Position numbers and translations under genes: made by a program
Source of the DNA: Patescibacteria group bacterium
GTDB lineage: Bacteria > Bacillota > UBA4882 > JAAYXC01
DNA length: 64,000 nt
Reading direction: 5' to 3'
Assembly: GCA_050260175.1 (NCBI GenBank)
Contig: JBLNBS010000053.1
Coordinates: 9,815-73,814 of the forward strand
Shown: in pieces, positions 1-9,171 of the stretch
Layout: each line of letters begins with the position of its first letter
Position numbering within the stretch: the first letter of the stretch is position 1
Notes under the pieces: generated by a model
The model's input: the letters and a program-made list of their open reading frames with translations, nothing else
Database searches by the model: none
What the model was told of the DNA's origin: nothing

Positions 1-487
1 ACAGAGTGAGACGGATCAGGCCGCCGGTCTCGGGCGCGATCCCGGAGAGTTCCGCCCCTTCCACGCCGGTAAGCAGGAGTTCCCCGCCGCAGTAAACCGC
101 TTCGGCCAGGTGCGCGGCGCCGCCCGCGTCCAGCCAGATCCTGGCCCAAAAACGGGCACCGGCCGTCACGGGCCGTATGGCCTGGGGGCATGCGGGCAGC
201 CCGTTGGCAAAGACGACGCTCCCCGGCGCCCAGGCGAAAACCAGCTCCACTCCCCCGCGCTCGAGCCGGCACGCCGTCTCGCCGACGGCCGCGACCTCGC
301 CCTCGATGGGCGAGAGCGGGCCGTATGCCGCTGCCAGACGATCCAAAACCTGCCCGGCCGGCGCCCGGGGCACCGAAAAGCACGAACCGTCCGCGGCCCT
401 GCCGGAGTGCCAGCCGAAGGCCGGGATCAGGGCCAGGATCAGGGCGAGCCGCAATGCCTGACGGGCGCACCGTGATACTTTTGACAC
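1..487 (-). CDS. Hypothetical secreted protein, partial (5' end of the gene; runs off the window start). Likely GTG start at 487 with TTG alternative at 454.
   Basis: Minus-strand frame with strongly GC-biased third positions over 1-487. N-terminus MSKVSRCARQALRLALILALIPAFGW looks like a signal peptide. AGGGGG lies about 10 nt upstream of the GTG. The plus-strand ORFs 110-475 and 177-461 are Arg/Pro-rich artefacts. Confidence 0.45.
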   Translation of the reverse strand, partial: MSKVSRCARQALRLALILALIPAFGWHSGRAADGSCFSVPRAPAGQVLDRLAAAYGPLSPIEGEVAAVGETACRLERGGVELVFAWAPGSVVFANGLPACPQAIRPVTAGARFWARIWLDAGGAAHLAEAVYCGGELLLTGVEGAELSGIAPETGGLIRLTL

Positions 488-708
488 GGACGTGCATCCC
501 CCTGTCACTACTTTCCAGTCTTGACGGGGGAGAGGCAAACTATACGCGGCCGGATACCGTCTACAGGCGTCTCCGCCAACCGGCTCCGTTCCTGCCTGAT
601 AAATCCTACTTTGAAACCCGCGCGGCACGGGCAGAGTATGGGTGGCACGAGAGCGAAACGTGCCAAAGAGCCGGTGCGGAGGGGGGTGAACGAAAAGAGA
701 TGGGTGAG

Positions 709-1173
709 ATGCTTTCCCGACGCCATATGGCGATTGCGTTGGTACTATCCTTTATTCTCACCGCGTTGGCTCCCGGGTGCAACCTGCTCAATCCACAAGC
801 GCCCCAGACGAGGCCCAGCCCCACGCGGCCGAGCCCCACGGGCAGGCGGACGAGGACGCCGCTACGCCCGGCGCCGACCAAGCGGTTACCGGGCCTGACG
901 GCGGCGGACACCAACACGCTCCGCCGGGCGGAGAGCAGATGCAGGACCGCCGTGAACGGGAACGACTGGGCCGCCGCCACCCGCGAGGCGAACAGCCTGG
1001 GCGGAGTCTGGACGCGTTTCAAGCCGCGCAAGACGGGCACGATGTCCGCGACGGAGATGGCAAGTTTTGATGCGAACTATGCCAAGCTGCAAAAGGATGT
1101 ACGGGCAAGGAACAAGAGCGGCTGCATACGCGATCTGAACGCTTTGAGGGATGCCATTGCCAAAATGAGATGA
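709..1173 (+). CDS. Hypothetical lipoprotein. Start is ambiguous (ATG at 700, 709 or 727).
   Basis: Signal peptide with lipobox (MAIALVLSFILTALAPGC). This frame has higher GC3 than the overlapping frames. Pro/Thr/Arg-rich linker followed by a normal-composition C-terminal domain. Confidence 0.45.
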   Translation: MLSRRHMAIALVLSFILTALAPGCNLLNPQAPQTRPSPTRPSPTGRRTRTPLRPAPTKRLPGLTAADTNTLRRAESRCRTAVNGNDWAAATREANSLGGVWTRFKPRKTGTMSATEMASFDANYAKLQKDVRARNKSGCIRDLNALRDAIAKMR

Positions 1174-1264
1174 GGCAGCGTCCCGGCACCGGCCGTAAAA
1201 TCACCCCCGGCTTCCTCCGGTGCGGTTCGCGCAATACGAACCGCCCCGAAGGAGGCCCTCCCCC

Positions 1265-2395
1265 TCATCCTTGAAGGGGAGAAAGGGGGTGATGTTTTTG
1301 CCCCCCTTGGGCTTTACCGCGCCGGCCCCGGCTGATTGGGACGGCCGCCAGCAGAAGGGCCAGAACGGGCACCGGCGTGCGGAGAAGGAGCATGCCCGCG
1401 TCATACCGCGCCTGGACAGGCTCCGGCCAGGGGCGGTATGCCCGACGCGGTTTGGCCCGCGCGGCCGCGGCCGACATCAAATAGCGCAGGCCGCGCGCTG
1501 TTTCGCGGCTCGAGCGCGGGTCTCCGGCCCGGGCGGCACTGGGCTCCCCCGCGGCAGCAAGGCCCCCAAAGAGCAAGCGAAAGTCCTCGGCGAAAGTCTC
1601 CTCGGAGGACCGGGCCCAGTCCTGGGTCTTGACCGGGCCGTCCTCGCGCCAGATGAGCCCCCGCAACTCGAGGTATTCGTCCCAGAGCCGCCTGCCTTTG
1701 GCGGTCTCGCGCGGCATGCCCGCGAGGTGCACGTAATGGCCGAACTCGTGCGTCAGCGTGACCTCGAGCTGGTTTTCGATCAGCCGCTCGTGGCGGGGTT
1801 CGGCCGCCAGGAATGTGTATCCCGGACCGCCCTGGCCGCTCACATCCCCCATGGCGAAAGGCAGCAGGAAGACCTTGTACCCCCGCAGGGCCGCGTCGGG
1901 CACGGGCAGGGCGCGCAGGACGGCGGCCGCCCGCCGCGCGTCGGGATATTTCTCCTCCTCCGTGGTGGTCAAGGCCTGGCCGCCTATGCTGTAGAGCTCG
2001 TCGAGCGAGGGGAGGCTTTCCGGACGCGCGGTGTCCAGGGCGGCCTCGTATAGGTTCCGTGCCCGGTCGAGCAGAAACAGCCGCAGGGTCGTCTCCGGGG
2101 AATAGATGACAAAACCGCGCGCCGGGTCCGTCGCGCCGCCGACCGCGGCCGCGTGGACCCCGGCTTCCGCCATGAGGCGCAGCCCCTCCCGGAGCCTGGC
2201 CGTCCGCCGGTGCGGCGTGGACATCAGCCGCACGACCTCGTCGCGCCGGCCGGCGAGCCAGGAACGGGCTCCCTCGGGCCCGGGAAGGCTGGAAAGGACC
2301 GCGAGGACACGGCTCTCCGGCACCCGTGCGATCTCCGCGGCGCGGCCGGGGAGACCGGCGGCGAGCAGGGCGAACAAGATGAAGAAGAAACGCAT
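1265..2395 (-). CDS. Secreted zinc-metalloprotease-like protein (HEXXH motif)
   Basis: ATG at 2395 is preceded by GGGGGAGGTGAACGCC. Signal peptide [30 protein letters not shown] matches a zincin HEXXH site. Hydrophobic stretch at the C-terminus. The tool's TTG at 2413 lies inside the RBS. Confidence 0.65.
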   Translation of the reverse strand: MRFFFILFALLAAGLPGRAAEIARVPESRVLAVLSSLPGPEGARSWLAGRRDEVVRLMSTPHRRTARLREGLRLMAEAGVHAAAVGGATDPARGFVIYSPETTLRLFLLDRARNLYEAALDTARPESLPSLDELYSIGGQALTTTEEEKYPDARRAAAVLRALPVPDAALRGYKVFLLPFAMGDVSGQGGPGYTFLAAEPRHERLIENQLEVTLTHEFGHYVHLAGMPRETAKGRRLWDEYLELRGLIWREDGPVKTQDWARSSEETFAEDFRLLFGGLAAAGEPSAARAGDPRSSRETARGLRYLMSAAAARAKPRRAYRPWPEPVQARYDAGMLLLRTPVPVLALLLAAVPISRGRRGKAQGGQKHHPLSPLQG

Positions 2396-2557
2396 GGCGT
2401 TCACCTCCCCCAAAAGACGGGCCCGGGCCTCTTGTCAGAATCCGAGGTGGAAACGGGCCGGCCGATGTCAGGCGTGATATGTACGGCCCCGGATCTGCAG
2501 GAATATCCATCCTCCTGTCGAAAAAGACGGGAAGTGGCTCTGCGGGGAGGGGGATCC

Positions 2558-4153
2558 ATGGCAGATAACCCGATCTTGCGCCGCAACGAGGAACAGACCA
2601 ATCTGCTCCTGGCGCGCGTCATGCGCTATTGCATCGGCTTCTTCGTCCTGATACTGGTCGTGCGATTGCTGGGCTTTTTCAGCACTCCCATCGTCCAGTA
2701 TCTGGCTCCCTTTGGCGTGGCCAGCGTGCTGTTGGCCCTGCCGACCCTGCTCATCGCCCTGAATCGCACGGGGCCGTGGTTCAAGTACCTTATCGTCGCC
2801 GCCTGCCTCGCGGGGGTGACCGCTCTCTATATCAATTACTGGGAGATCGGCCGCTTCATCGAGTTCCTGTGGCTCTTTCCGGTCATCATCTCCTGCGCGT
2901 ACGTCACGCCAGAGCTGACGGGTTACGCCAGCCTGGCGGCGCTCGTGCTCATGGGCCTCTTGTATGCCCTGGCCATGCCCAACCGCCCGGTCAAATACAC
3001 GGAGTACGTCACCGTGCACAACCTGCTGGGCGACCTCATCTTCAGGGGCGTCAACCTCCTCGCCGTCACCGCGCCCCTCTTCGGCCTGACCATCCGTTTC
3101 CGCCGGGCCATGATCGATCTGGTCGGGGCGGAGGAACAGAACGCGATCCTTTCCCGCCTGGCAAAAATGATGGGTGAAACGACCAAGGCCGCCGGCGCGC
3201 TCGTTTCGACCGCCGGCCGCCTGAGCGGCTTGGCGGCCGTCTCAGAGCAGGTGGGTGTCAAGGCCGCGGAGGTCGGCGGGGGGCTGTCGCGCAACTCCGA
3301 CGAGAACTTGAACCAGATTCGCGAGGCTGTCCCCGTCATCGTCGGCATGGCGGAACAGATCCGCTCCCTGGCCGGCGAGGTCGGCGAAGTGGCGAGGGCC
3401 ACCGAGGAAATGGACCGCATCGGCCAGGCCGGCAAAGCGGCCTTGGCCCAAGCCGCCGGGCAGATGTCAATCATCGAGCGCGCTGCGGAGGAAAGCCGCG
3501 GCCTGCTGGCGAGCCTCAGCGAACAATCCATCGCCGTGGGCCAGATCGTCAAGGTCATCACGAATATCGCCCGGCAAACCAAGCTCCTGGCCCTTAACGC
3601 CTCGATCGAGGCGGCCCGCGCGGGCGAGGAGGGCCGCGGCTTCCAGATCGTCGCCCTCTCCGTCCGCGACCTGGCCACGCAGGCCACCCAGGCCGCCGAG
3701 AGCATCACCGCGCTGATCGCCGAGATCCAGGCGCAGACCGCCACCGCCGCATCCGCCGTCGAGCGGGGGGGTACGCAGGTGGCCGCGGGCCTTTCGGCCA
3801 TCGGCGAGGTTCACGAGGCGTTCACCCAATTCGCCGCCGCGGAGCAGGAAATACACGCGCATATCGCCGATATCGCCGGCACCCTGCAACGGTTGGCGCA
3901 GGGCAGCGACCTCGTCGTCGCCTCCGCCAACAACATTGAGGCCCGTAACACGGCGGGCGTGGCAGAAGCCCGGAACGCGGCCGCCGCCGTGGAGGATATG
4001 CTGGACAACCTGCACCGCATCCGCATGGAACTCGCGCAACTCCAGGAGACCGCCGCGGTTCTCCATGCCCTGGGCGGCAGCCCCGTTCCCCACCCGGCGG
4101 CGGAGACTGCGCCCGGCTTTACGCGGCCGGCGGCTGCTTCCCCCTCATTATAA
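2558..4153 (+). CDS. Methyl-accepting chemotaxis protein with a polytopic N-terminal membrane domain
   Basis: RBS GGGGAGGGGG then ATG at 2558. About 6 predicted TM helices at the N-terminus. The C-terminal MCP signalling domain includes the highly conserved segment [24 protein letters not shown]. Confidence 0.85.
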   Translation: MADNPILRRNEEQTNLLLARVMRYCIGFFVLILVVRLLGFFSTPIVQYLAPFGVASVLLALPTLLIALNRTGPWFKYLIVAACLAGVTALYINYWEIGRFIEFLWLFPVIISCAYVTPELTGYASLAALVLMGLLYALAMPNRPVKYTEYVTVHNLLGDLIFRGVNLLAVTAPLFGLTIRFRRAMIDLVGAEEQNAILSRLAKMMGETTKAAGALVSTAGRLSGLAAVSEQVGVKAAEVGGGLSRNSDENLNQIREAVPVIVGMAEQIRSLAGEVGEVARATEEMDRIGQAGKAALAQAAGQMSIIERAAEESRGLLASLSEQSIAVGQIVKVITNIARQTKLLALNASIEAARAGEEGRGFQIVALSVRDLATQATQAAESITALIAEIQAQTATAASAVERGGTQVAAGLSAIGEVHEAFTQFAAAEQEIHAHIADIAGTLQRLAQGSDLVVASANNIEARNTAGVAEARNAAAAVEDMLDNLHRIRMELAQLQETAAVLHALGGSPVPHPAAETAPGFTRPAAASPSL

Positions 4154-4249
4154 GAAGGGTATTTTGTTATGACAAGCTGAAACCTTTTACCATTTTTCCC
4201 CTGACAGGAAATGGACCATGGCCGCTGAAGCACTTCCCAACGAGAGGAT

Positions 4250-5560
4250 GTGCTGAATGCCATGGTCCGTTTGCTTGCCTGTCTGCTTTGCGTGCTGGCG
4301 ATCGCGGCCGCTGGGTGCGGGCCCGGGGTACCGGCCGCGGCAAGCGCGCGCGTGGAGGTGGACCTCGGCGCGATCGGGCGGGCCTTTGAACCCCGCCTGC
4401 GCGGGGTCATGGTGGGTTCATGGGAGAATCCGGCGTCGCTCTCGATCATGGCGGCGCATTGGCGCGATGCCGAGGTAACCTTTCTCGAATTCCCGGGAGG
4501 GCTGGAGGCGTCGGACGGGAGCTACGATTGGCAGGCGTCCCGGCCCTCGCAGATCGGCCCGGATCAATTCGCCGCCCTGGCAGACGCCGCCGGCGCCGCA
4601 GTGAGGATGTGCATCGCCGATTACGGCGCGAACGATCCGGCCAAAGCCGCGGCCTGGGTGGCGGCGAACCGCGAATGCGGCTGGGGTGCGGCCTACTGGG
4701 AGGTCGGCGACGAGGAATACGGCGCCTGGGCCGGCCACGCCGCTCCCGGAGAGTATGCCGCCCGTTTCCGCGCCTACCACCAGGCCATGAAAGCGGCGGA
4801 TCCCGCGATCAAGGTCGGGGCGCCGGTGACCGTCTATGATCCCTGGTGGACAAGGACCGTGTTGGCCTACATCGGCGATATCGTGGATTGGGTGGCACTC
4901 TCCTATTATCCCCAGGATCCCGGGGGGGAGAGCGACGCGGCCCTTCTCGCGGCCCCCGGCTGCCTGGGCGGGCTCATCGCCGATCTCCGCCAGTGGCTCG
5001 CCGAGGCCGCGCCCGGGCGTAAGGTGGAGATCATCATCACCGGCTGGGGCTCGGTCAGCTACAATCCCGGCCCGCAAACCCTTTCCGCAGTCAACGGGCT
5101 TTTTACGGCGGACGCCATCGGCGCCATGGCCGCGGCGGGAGTTGACGCGGCGGGGCTTTTTTGCTCGCAGATGGACGTCCTGTCCACGGGCGGCACATAC
5201 GGCCTCTTCGGCACCGGGGCGGATCCCGGCGCAGCGCGCCCGGCCTATTGGGGCCTCAAGGCTTGGGCCGGCGCCGCGGGAAACCTCGTCGCCTGCGCAA
5301 GCGACGCCCCTGAGCTTTCCTGCCGCGCCGTGGCCGGGGCGAACGGCATCCTGCTTGTGCTCATCAACCGGGATCCAGCGCGGCGCTTTACCGCCGATAT
5401 CGCGCTGGCCGGCTACGCGCCGCCGGCGGGGTGGATGACGGTTTCGCTCTACGGCCGGGACCAACCCGTTCTGGCCGAGACCGCCAGGAGGGCCCCGGCG
5501 GCGGAGTTTTGCCTGGATGTGCCTCCCCATACCCTGGCCGTGGTGCATATGCCGGGATGA
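4250..5560 (+). CDS. Lipoprotein, putative TIM-barrel glycoside-hydrolase-like enzyme; GH family uncertain. GTG at 4250 or ATG at 4262.
   Basis: Lipoprotein signal peptide (LAIAAAGCG) and a 436-aa Trp/Tyr/Gly-rich hydrolase-like body. Confidence 0.55.
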   Translation: MLNAMVRLLACLLCVLAIAAAGCGPGVPAAASARVEVDLGAIGRAFEPRLRGVMVGSWENPASLSIMAAHWRDAEVTFLEFPGGLEASDGSYDWQASRPSQIGPDQFAALADAAGAAVRMCIADYGANDPAKAAAWVAANRECGWGAAYWEVGDEEYGAWAGHAAPGEYAARFRAYHQAMKAADPAIKVGAPVTVYDPWWTRTVLAYIGDIVDWVALSYYPQDPGGESDAALLAAPGCLGGLIADLRQWLAEAAPGRKVEIIITGWGSVSYNPGPQTLSAVNGLFTADAIGAMAAAGVDAAGLFCSQMDVLSTGGTYGLFGTGADPGAARPAYWGLKAWAGAAGNLVACASDAPELSCRAVAGANGILLVLINRDPARRFTADIALAGYAPPAGWMTVSLYGRDQPVLAETARRAPAAEFCLDVPPHTLAVVHMPG

Positions 5561-5608
5561 GATGGATCATGTCACTGCCGGCCGGGGCCGATCCTTCCCT
5601 TTGGCCGG

Positions 5609-6049
5609 TCAGACCAGGTACCAGACAACAAGCTTGGCAAGCCAACAGAGCGCGGAAGCCGCGGCCATCTGGGGCAGGTTCGCCTGCACGCGGACAGCGA
5701 CCGCCCGCCCGGCCAGCGTGGCGCCGAGCATGACCAGGGTGAGGCCGGCGAGATAGAGATAGAAGGGCGCGCCCAGTGGATGGGCGAGCAGGGCAGGGAG
5801 CAGGCGGCCGTGGGCCATCAGGCTAAAGCTCGTGGTCATGCCGCAGGTGGGGCAGGGCACGGAGGTCAGCGTATAGAGCAGGCAGGGCGGCAGCAGGAGC
5901 TGGGTGTGCGTGCCCACCAGGGCCGGCTCGGGGCGCAAAAAAAAGGGCGCCAGCGTAGCAAGCGCCCCGAGGGCCAGGACGGTAAGCTGATCGGTGGTCG
6001 GGCGCCGGCGCCCGGGTATGAAGACGAGCCTGCACGGCCACCATGTCAT
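5609..6049 (-). CDS. DUF2752-family small membrane protein
   Basis: ATG at 6049 with GGGAGG 8 nt upstream. The CPTCGMT motif resembles the CPxCGxTR signature I recall for DUF2752. Several TM segments. Confidence 0.55.
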   Translation of the reverse strand: MTWWPCRLVFIPGRRRPTTDQLTVLALGALATLAPFFLRPEPALVGTHTQLLLPPCLLYTLTSVPCPTCGMTTSFSLMAHGRLLPALLAHPLGAPFYLYLAGLTLVMLGATLAGRAVAVRVQANLPQMAAASALCWLAKLVVWYLV

Positions 6050-6090
6050 GGGGAAAGCCTCCCGGAAGCCAGTAGGTCTGCCTCGCGCTC

Positions 6091-6687
6091 TCAGGCCTGC
6101 GCGGGTGTCGGCGGCGGCACGGCCCCGGCCGGCGCGGACAGCGTCCCGGTCATGTCCGCGTACAACACCGCCCCGGCCATCGTGGCGATGCTGGCCGTGA
6201 CGAGGACCCCGACGCAGCAGACGAGGATGCCCGAGATGCCGATCAAAAAGCTCAGGACGGAAAAGCCCAGGAATTTACCGTAATGCCTGCTGGCCGTCTG
6301 CCACGAGGCCGAGATGGCCTTGTCCCAGGAGAGGCCCCCGTCGATGACAAAAGCGTATGTAAGGACGAAGAACGGATAGAGAAAGAGCCCGGGCAGGAAG
6401 CAGAGGATGAAGGAGACACCCAGGATCAGGCTGACGATGAGCCCGGCCAGGAATGCGTCCACGAAACGGTCGAAACCGCGGAAGATGTCGCCGAACTCCG
6501 GCGCGGTGCCGCGCAGGGCCTTGAGCGTCACGAACATGATGCTGCACATCACCGGCCCGAGGAGCAGGCCCGATGCGGCGCTGGAGATCATGTTGACGAG
6601 GAAGACACCGAGGATGAAGACCAGAGGGTAGCGCCAGAGCAGATCCCAGGCCTTGCCGAAATAGGATCCGACGGTCATGAGAGACAT
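6091..6687 (-). CDS. Polytopic membrane protein (DUF975/YciC-like), upstream partner of the DUF2752 gene
   Basis: Start MSLMTVGSYFGKAWDLLW at ATG 6687; four or more TM helices. The tool's longer N-terminus (start 6723) is probably 5' leader. Sits 40 nt upstream of the DUF2752 gene on the same strand. Confidence 0.55.
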   Translation of the reverse strand: MSLMTVGSYFGKAWDLLWRYPLVFILGVFLVNMISSAASGLLLGPVMCSIMFVTLKALRGTAPEFGDIFRGFDRFVDAFLAGLIVSLILGVSFILCFLPGLFLYPFFVLTYAFVIDGGLSWDKAISASWQTASRHYGKFLGFSVLSFLIGISGILVCCVGVLVTASIATMAGAVLYADMTGTLSAPAGAVPPPTPAQA

Positions 6688-7027
6688 CACTCCCCTGGAG
6701 TCTGTGCAGCCGGCCCGATTCATGGTCCCGGAGCACTGACTCCGGTTATAAGTGCCACGCGTTCAGCTGTGTCCGGTGATCCATGGCGCTACAGGCGCAG
6801 GCTCCCTGGCGCCGGGATGTGAAGAAACTTGCCGCCCGCGGCGTGATTAACAGGACAATTATACCATGAGCCGGAGGGGCGGGCAACGCAAACTCCCGCT
6901 AGCGCCAGGTGGTTTTTTACTTTACGTGTCCGCACTGGAAAAGTTGTGATAAACTCACCCTTGTTCACACCGCCTCTACCGAAAGCGTCGGTAAAGACTC
7001 AAACCCCGGGCGGCGCGGCTCCGCGCC

Positions 7028-7057
7028 TTGACACGCGCGGCCGGCGCGTGCTAAAAT
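7028..7057 (+). promoter_or_regulatory. Sigma-70-type promoter for the tRNA-Ser genes
   Basis: TTGACA (7028-7033), 18-nt spacer, TAAAAT (7052-7057). Predicted transcription start about 11 nt before the tRNA 5' end. Confidence 0.5.
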
Positions 7058-7068
7058 GATTCTGCATC

Positions 7069-7156
7069 GGAGGGGTGTCCGAGCGGTTTAAGGAGACGGT
7101 CTTGAAAACCGTTAGGCTGCAAGGCCTCGTGGGTTCGAATCCCACCTCCTCCGCCA
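7069..7156 (+). tRNA. tRNA-Ser, anticodon TGA (UGA); CCA encoded
   Basis: GGAGGGG acceptor stem pairs with CCTCCTCC (one G-U pair). Anticodon loop CTTGAAA. Long variable arm. T arm GGGTTCGAATCCC. 3' CCA at 7154-7156. Confidence 0.85.
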
Positions 7157-7221
7157 AGGAGCCTGTGCGCGTAATGCCACGGACCACTAGATACAGTGGT
7201 ACCGCGTGGCACTTGATACCA

Positions 7222-7267
7222 GAGTTTGTGCTCCGGATGCCATTAATCAAGTTAGTCGCACAAACTC
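7222..7267 (+). other. Hairpin in the inter-tRNA spacer: GAGTTTGTGC, 26-nt loop, GCACAAACTC
   Basis: Perfect 10-bp inverted repeat. An additional hairpin at about 7186-7216 (GCCACGG ... CCACT AGATAC AGTGG ... CGTGGC). Confidence 0.4.
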
Positions 7268-7316
7268 CAGGGGAAAGAGTCAAAAAGTCGAAAAGTTATA
7301 AAGTCATGGTTTTTAC

Positions 7317-7408
7317 GGAGAGGTACCCAAGCCGGTCGAAGGGGACGGTTTGCTAAACCGTTAGTGGTCGTAAGGCCAGCGGGGGTTCGAATCCCCCCCT
7401 CTCCGCCA
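7317..7408 (+). tRNA. tRNA-Ser, anticodon GCT (GCU); CCA encoded
   Basis: GGAGAGG pairs perfectly with CCTCTCC. Anticodon loop TTGCTAA. Long variable arm. T arm GGGGGTTCGAATCCCCC. CCA at 7406-7408. Confidence 0.85.
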
Positions 7409-7416
7409 AAGATCAA

Positions 7417-7449
7417 CGGGGTGGTCAAGATGACCACCCCGTTTTTTTT
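7417..7449 (+). terminator. Rho-independent terminator after the tRNA pair
   Basis: CGGGGTGGTC, loop AAGAT, GACCACCCCG, followed by eight T residues. Confidence 0.75.
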
Positions 7450-7598
7450 CGATATCCTGGCGGCCGGCGCCCAATCGCGATCCTGGAGTGGGTCAAGGAC
7501 AAGGGAGCGCGAACGATGACGATACCCCTTCGTACGATTCAACTTTCTTGGCCCGAGTACAGCGGATGTAAATTGATCAACAAAAGCGCGCGGAATGG

Positions 7599-7607
7599 TG
7601 GTATAAT
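7599..7607 (+). promoter_or_regulatory. Extended -10 promoter element (TGgTATAAT) for the small HTH gene
   Basis: TGNTATAAT lies about 45 nt upstream of ATG 7652. The RBS GAAAGGTGG is 7 nt before the ATG. Confidence 0.4.
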
Positions 7608-7651
7608 ACCTGAAGAAGATCGTCTGTACTTTAAAGAAAGGTGGTATTCGG

Positions 7652-8077
7652 ATGCCAAGAGCGTACAGGACGGACCGGACCAAGTATGAAGGGGCGATTC
7701 GGGAGGCAAGAGTCAGCTACTTCAAGGATCTTTTGGCCCCCTATGTCAAGGAAGGTTATCTGGACACCAAGGCTCTGAAGGCCAAGAATCCAAAACTCTA
7801 CGAGGAATTCCGCATCGGCTTCAAGGGCATCAGGGCGGGATGCGCCGCTCTGAATCTCCCCACGTCCCAGGCGGCGATGCGGGCCAAGGTGGGCCCGGTG
7901 CGCAGGCAGATGAAGACGCTGGCCATCGCCTATATCGAGGAGAACGGCGCGGAGGCGGCGGCGGACAGAATGGGAACGAGCGTGGAACACGTACAGGAGC
8001 TGCTTACCGAGCTGAAAGCGCCGCCGAAACCCAGGACTTACAGGCGCAAGCCCGGAAGGCCGGCAAAGAAGAAGTAA
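7652..8077 (+). CDS. Small basic DNA-binding protein (HTH-like segment plus C-terminal AT-hook-like tail RRKPGRPAKKK)
   Basis: Strong RBS and its own promoter. GC is about 59%, lower than its neighbours. GRP core with a Lys/Arg tail. Confidence 0.6.
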   Translation: MPRAYRTDRTKYEGAIREARVSYFKDLLAPYVKEGYLDTKALKAKNPKLYEEFRIGFKGIRAGCAALNLPTSQAAMRAKVGPVRRQMKTLAIAYIEENGAEAAADRMGTSVEHVQELLTELKAPPKPRTYRRKPGRPAKKK

Positions 8078-8124
8078 ACAGGGCGGCGCGTCATCTACCT
8101 TCACATACCAAGACTCGAAAACCA

Positions 8125-8157
8125 GGAGGCACCTCACACCGGGGTGCCTCCGCTTTA
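8125..8157 (+). terminator. Stem-loop terminator after the HTH gene
   Basis: GGAGGCACC, 9-nt loop, GGTGCCTCC, then GCTTTA (weak U-tract). Confidence 0.4.
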
Positions 8158-8316
8158 TGAAATGGGCAATTTCAACGGTCGATTGGATACTGCCGGCGGA
8201 ATTTGGCTTGGCAAATCTGTGCAGGATTGCCAAAGAGCGGCGGCGAAGTATACCGCGCCCATTGCCAGGGTGGGCGAGTCTTTCGACGGAGCGGAGGACG
8301 GGGCGGGGTGGCCGTC

Positions 8317-9141
8317 ATGAATTGGCATCCCATGCGCGCGGGTGATCTTCTGGACGCGGCGTTTCGCGGCTACCGGCGGTTTTGGGGCCCCTCCCTGGCG
8401 GCGTACGGGTGTTTTTGCCTGCCCAGCGCTCTCGTCTCAGCGGGAGCTTCAGCCTTGGCGCAGGATGCGCGGGCCCCGTTCATAGTCCGGGTCGACCTCC
8501 TCCTGCTCGCCCTGGCGCTCACCCTTCTTTCCGCGCTCCCTCTTGCCTTGGCCGAGATCGTTTGCGCGCGCGCCGTATTGAACGCCGCCAGGGGCGAACC
8601 GGCCACGGCGGGAGCCGTCTTTGCCCGCCTGCGCGGGCACTGGTGGCGCCTTTTTACGGTCGCCCTGGCCAAGGACTTCCTGATCGGTTTGGGCCTCATG
8701 GCCTGCCTGGTGCCTGGGATCGTCCTGGCCGTCAATTACGCGGTGGCCGTACCGGCCGCGATGGACGAGAATCTGTGCGCGGGAGAGGCGCTGCGGCGCA
8801 GCCGCGCCCTGATCACGATCTCGTCCTCCAGGGGCAAGACATTATTGCTTCTCGTTCTCCTGAGCCTCATGGGTTACGTGGTTTCTCTAGCCATGAACGC
8901 CGCCATGGCGGGGGCTTCGGCCATCACCAGCGGCTTCGTAAATCTGAGCCCGGCAGTGCTTTTTACCGGGCCGGCAGGCCTCTGGCAGAACGCCCTGGCC
9001 GAGGCCGCAGACAGGCTCTTCATTCCCCTGGGCGGGCTTTTGTGGGCTTACTACTTTCTCGATCTCAAAGCGCGGCGGGAGGGCGCCGATCTCGTCATCA
9101 CCCTGGATGGATCCGCGGGCGGCGCCGGGGTGGGCCTATAG
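8317..9141 (+). CDS. Polytopic membrane protein (GPDPase-membrane-domain/DUF-like), paralog 1
   Basis: Start MNWHPMRAGDLLDAAFRGYRRFW. The tool's 38-aa N-terminal extension is likely leader. Six or more TM helices. The N-terminal motif (DAAFR-YRR) is shared with the next gene. Confidence 0.55.
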   Translation: MNWHPMRAGDLLDAAFRGYRRFWGPSLAAYGCFCLPSALVSAGASALAQDARAPFIVRVDLLLLALALTLLSALPLALAEIVCARAVLNAARGEPATAGAVFARLRGHWWRLFTVALAKDFLIGLGLMACLVPGIVLAVNYAVAVPAAMDENLCAGEALRRSRALITISSSRGKTLLLLVLLSLMGYVVSLAMNAAMAGASAITSGFVNLSPAVLFTGPAGLWQNALAEAADRLFIPLGGLLWAYYFLDLKARREGADLVITLDGSAGGAGVGL

Positions 9142-9171
9142 ATTGGTGATATCAGGCTCGTCGATAAAGGA

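Noticed and set aside
1401-2510. 369-aa and 277-aa ORFs overlapping the metalloprotease gene in other frames
   Set aside because: Pro/Arg/Gly-rich. The HEXXH frame has the RBS, the signal peptide and a natural composition.
4418-5548. 376-aa minus-strand ORF inside the lipoprotein hydrolase gene
   Set aside because: Antisense, Arg/Gly-rich, no RBS. The plus-strand frame has the signal peptide and higher GC3.
6999-7683. ORFs of 94, 93 and 143 aa overlapping the two tRNA-Ser genes and spacer
   Set aside because: They cover canonical tRNA structures and the terminator, so they are not plausible proteins.
8157-8345. 62-aa ORF in the leader of the first membrane-paralog gene
   Set aside because: No RBS, Arg-rich tail, and it runs into the start of the downstream gene. 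More likely structured 5' UTR with a TTGGCAA/TTGCCAA hairpin.
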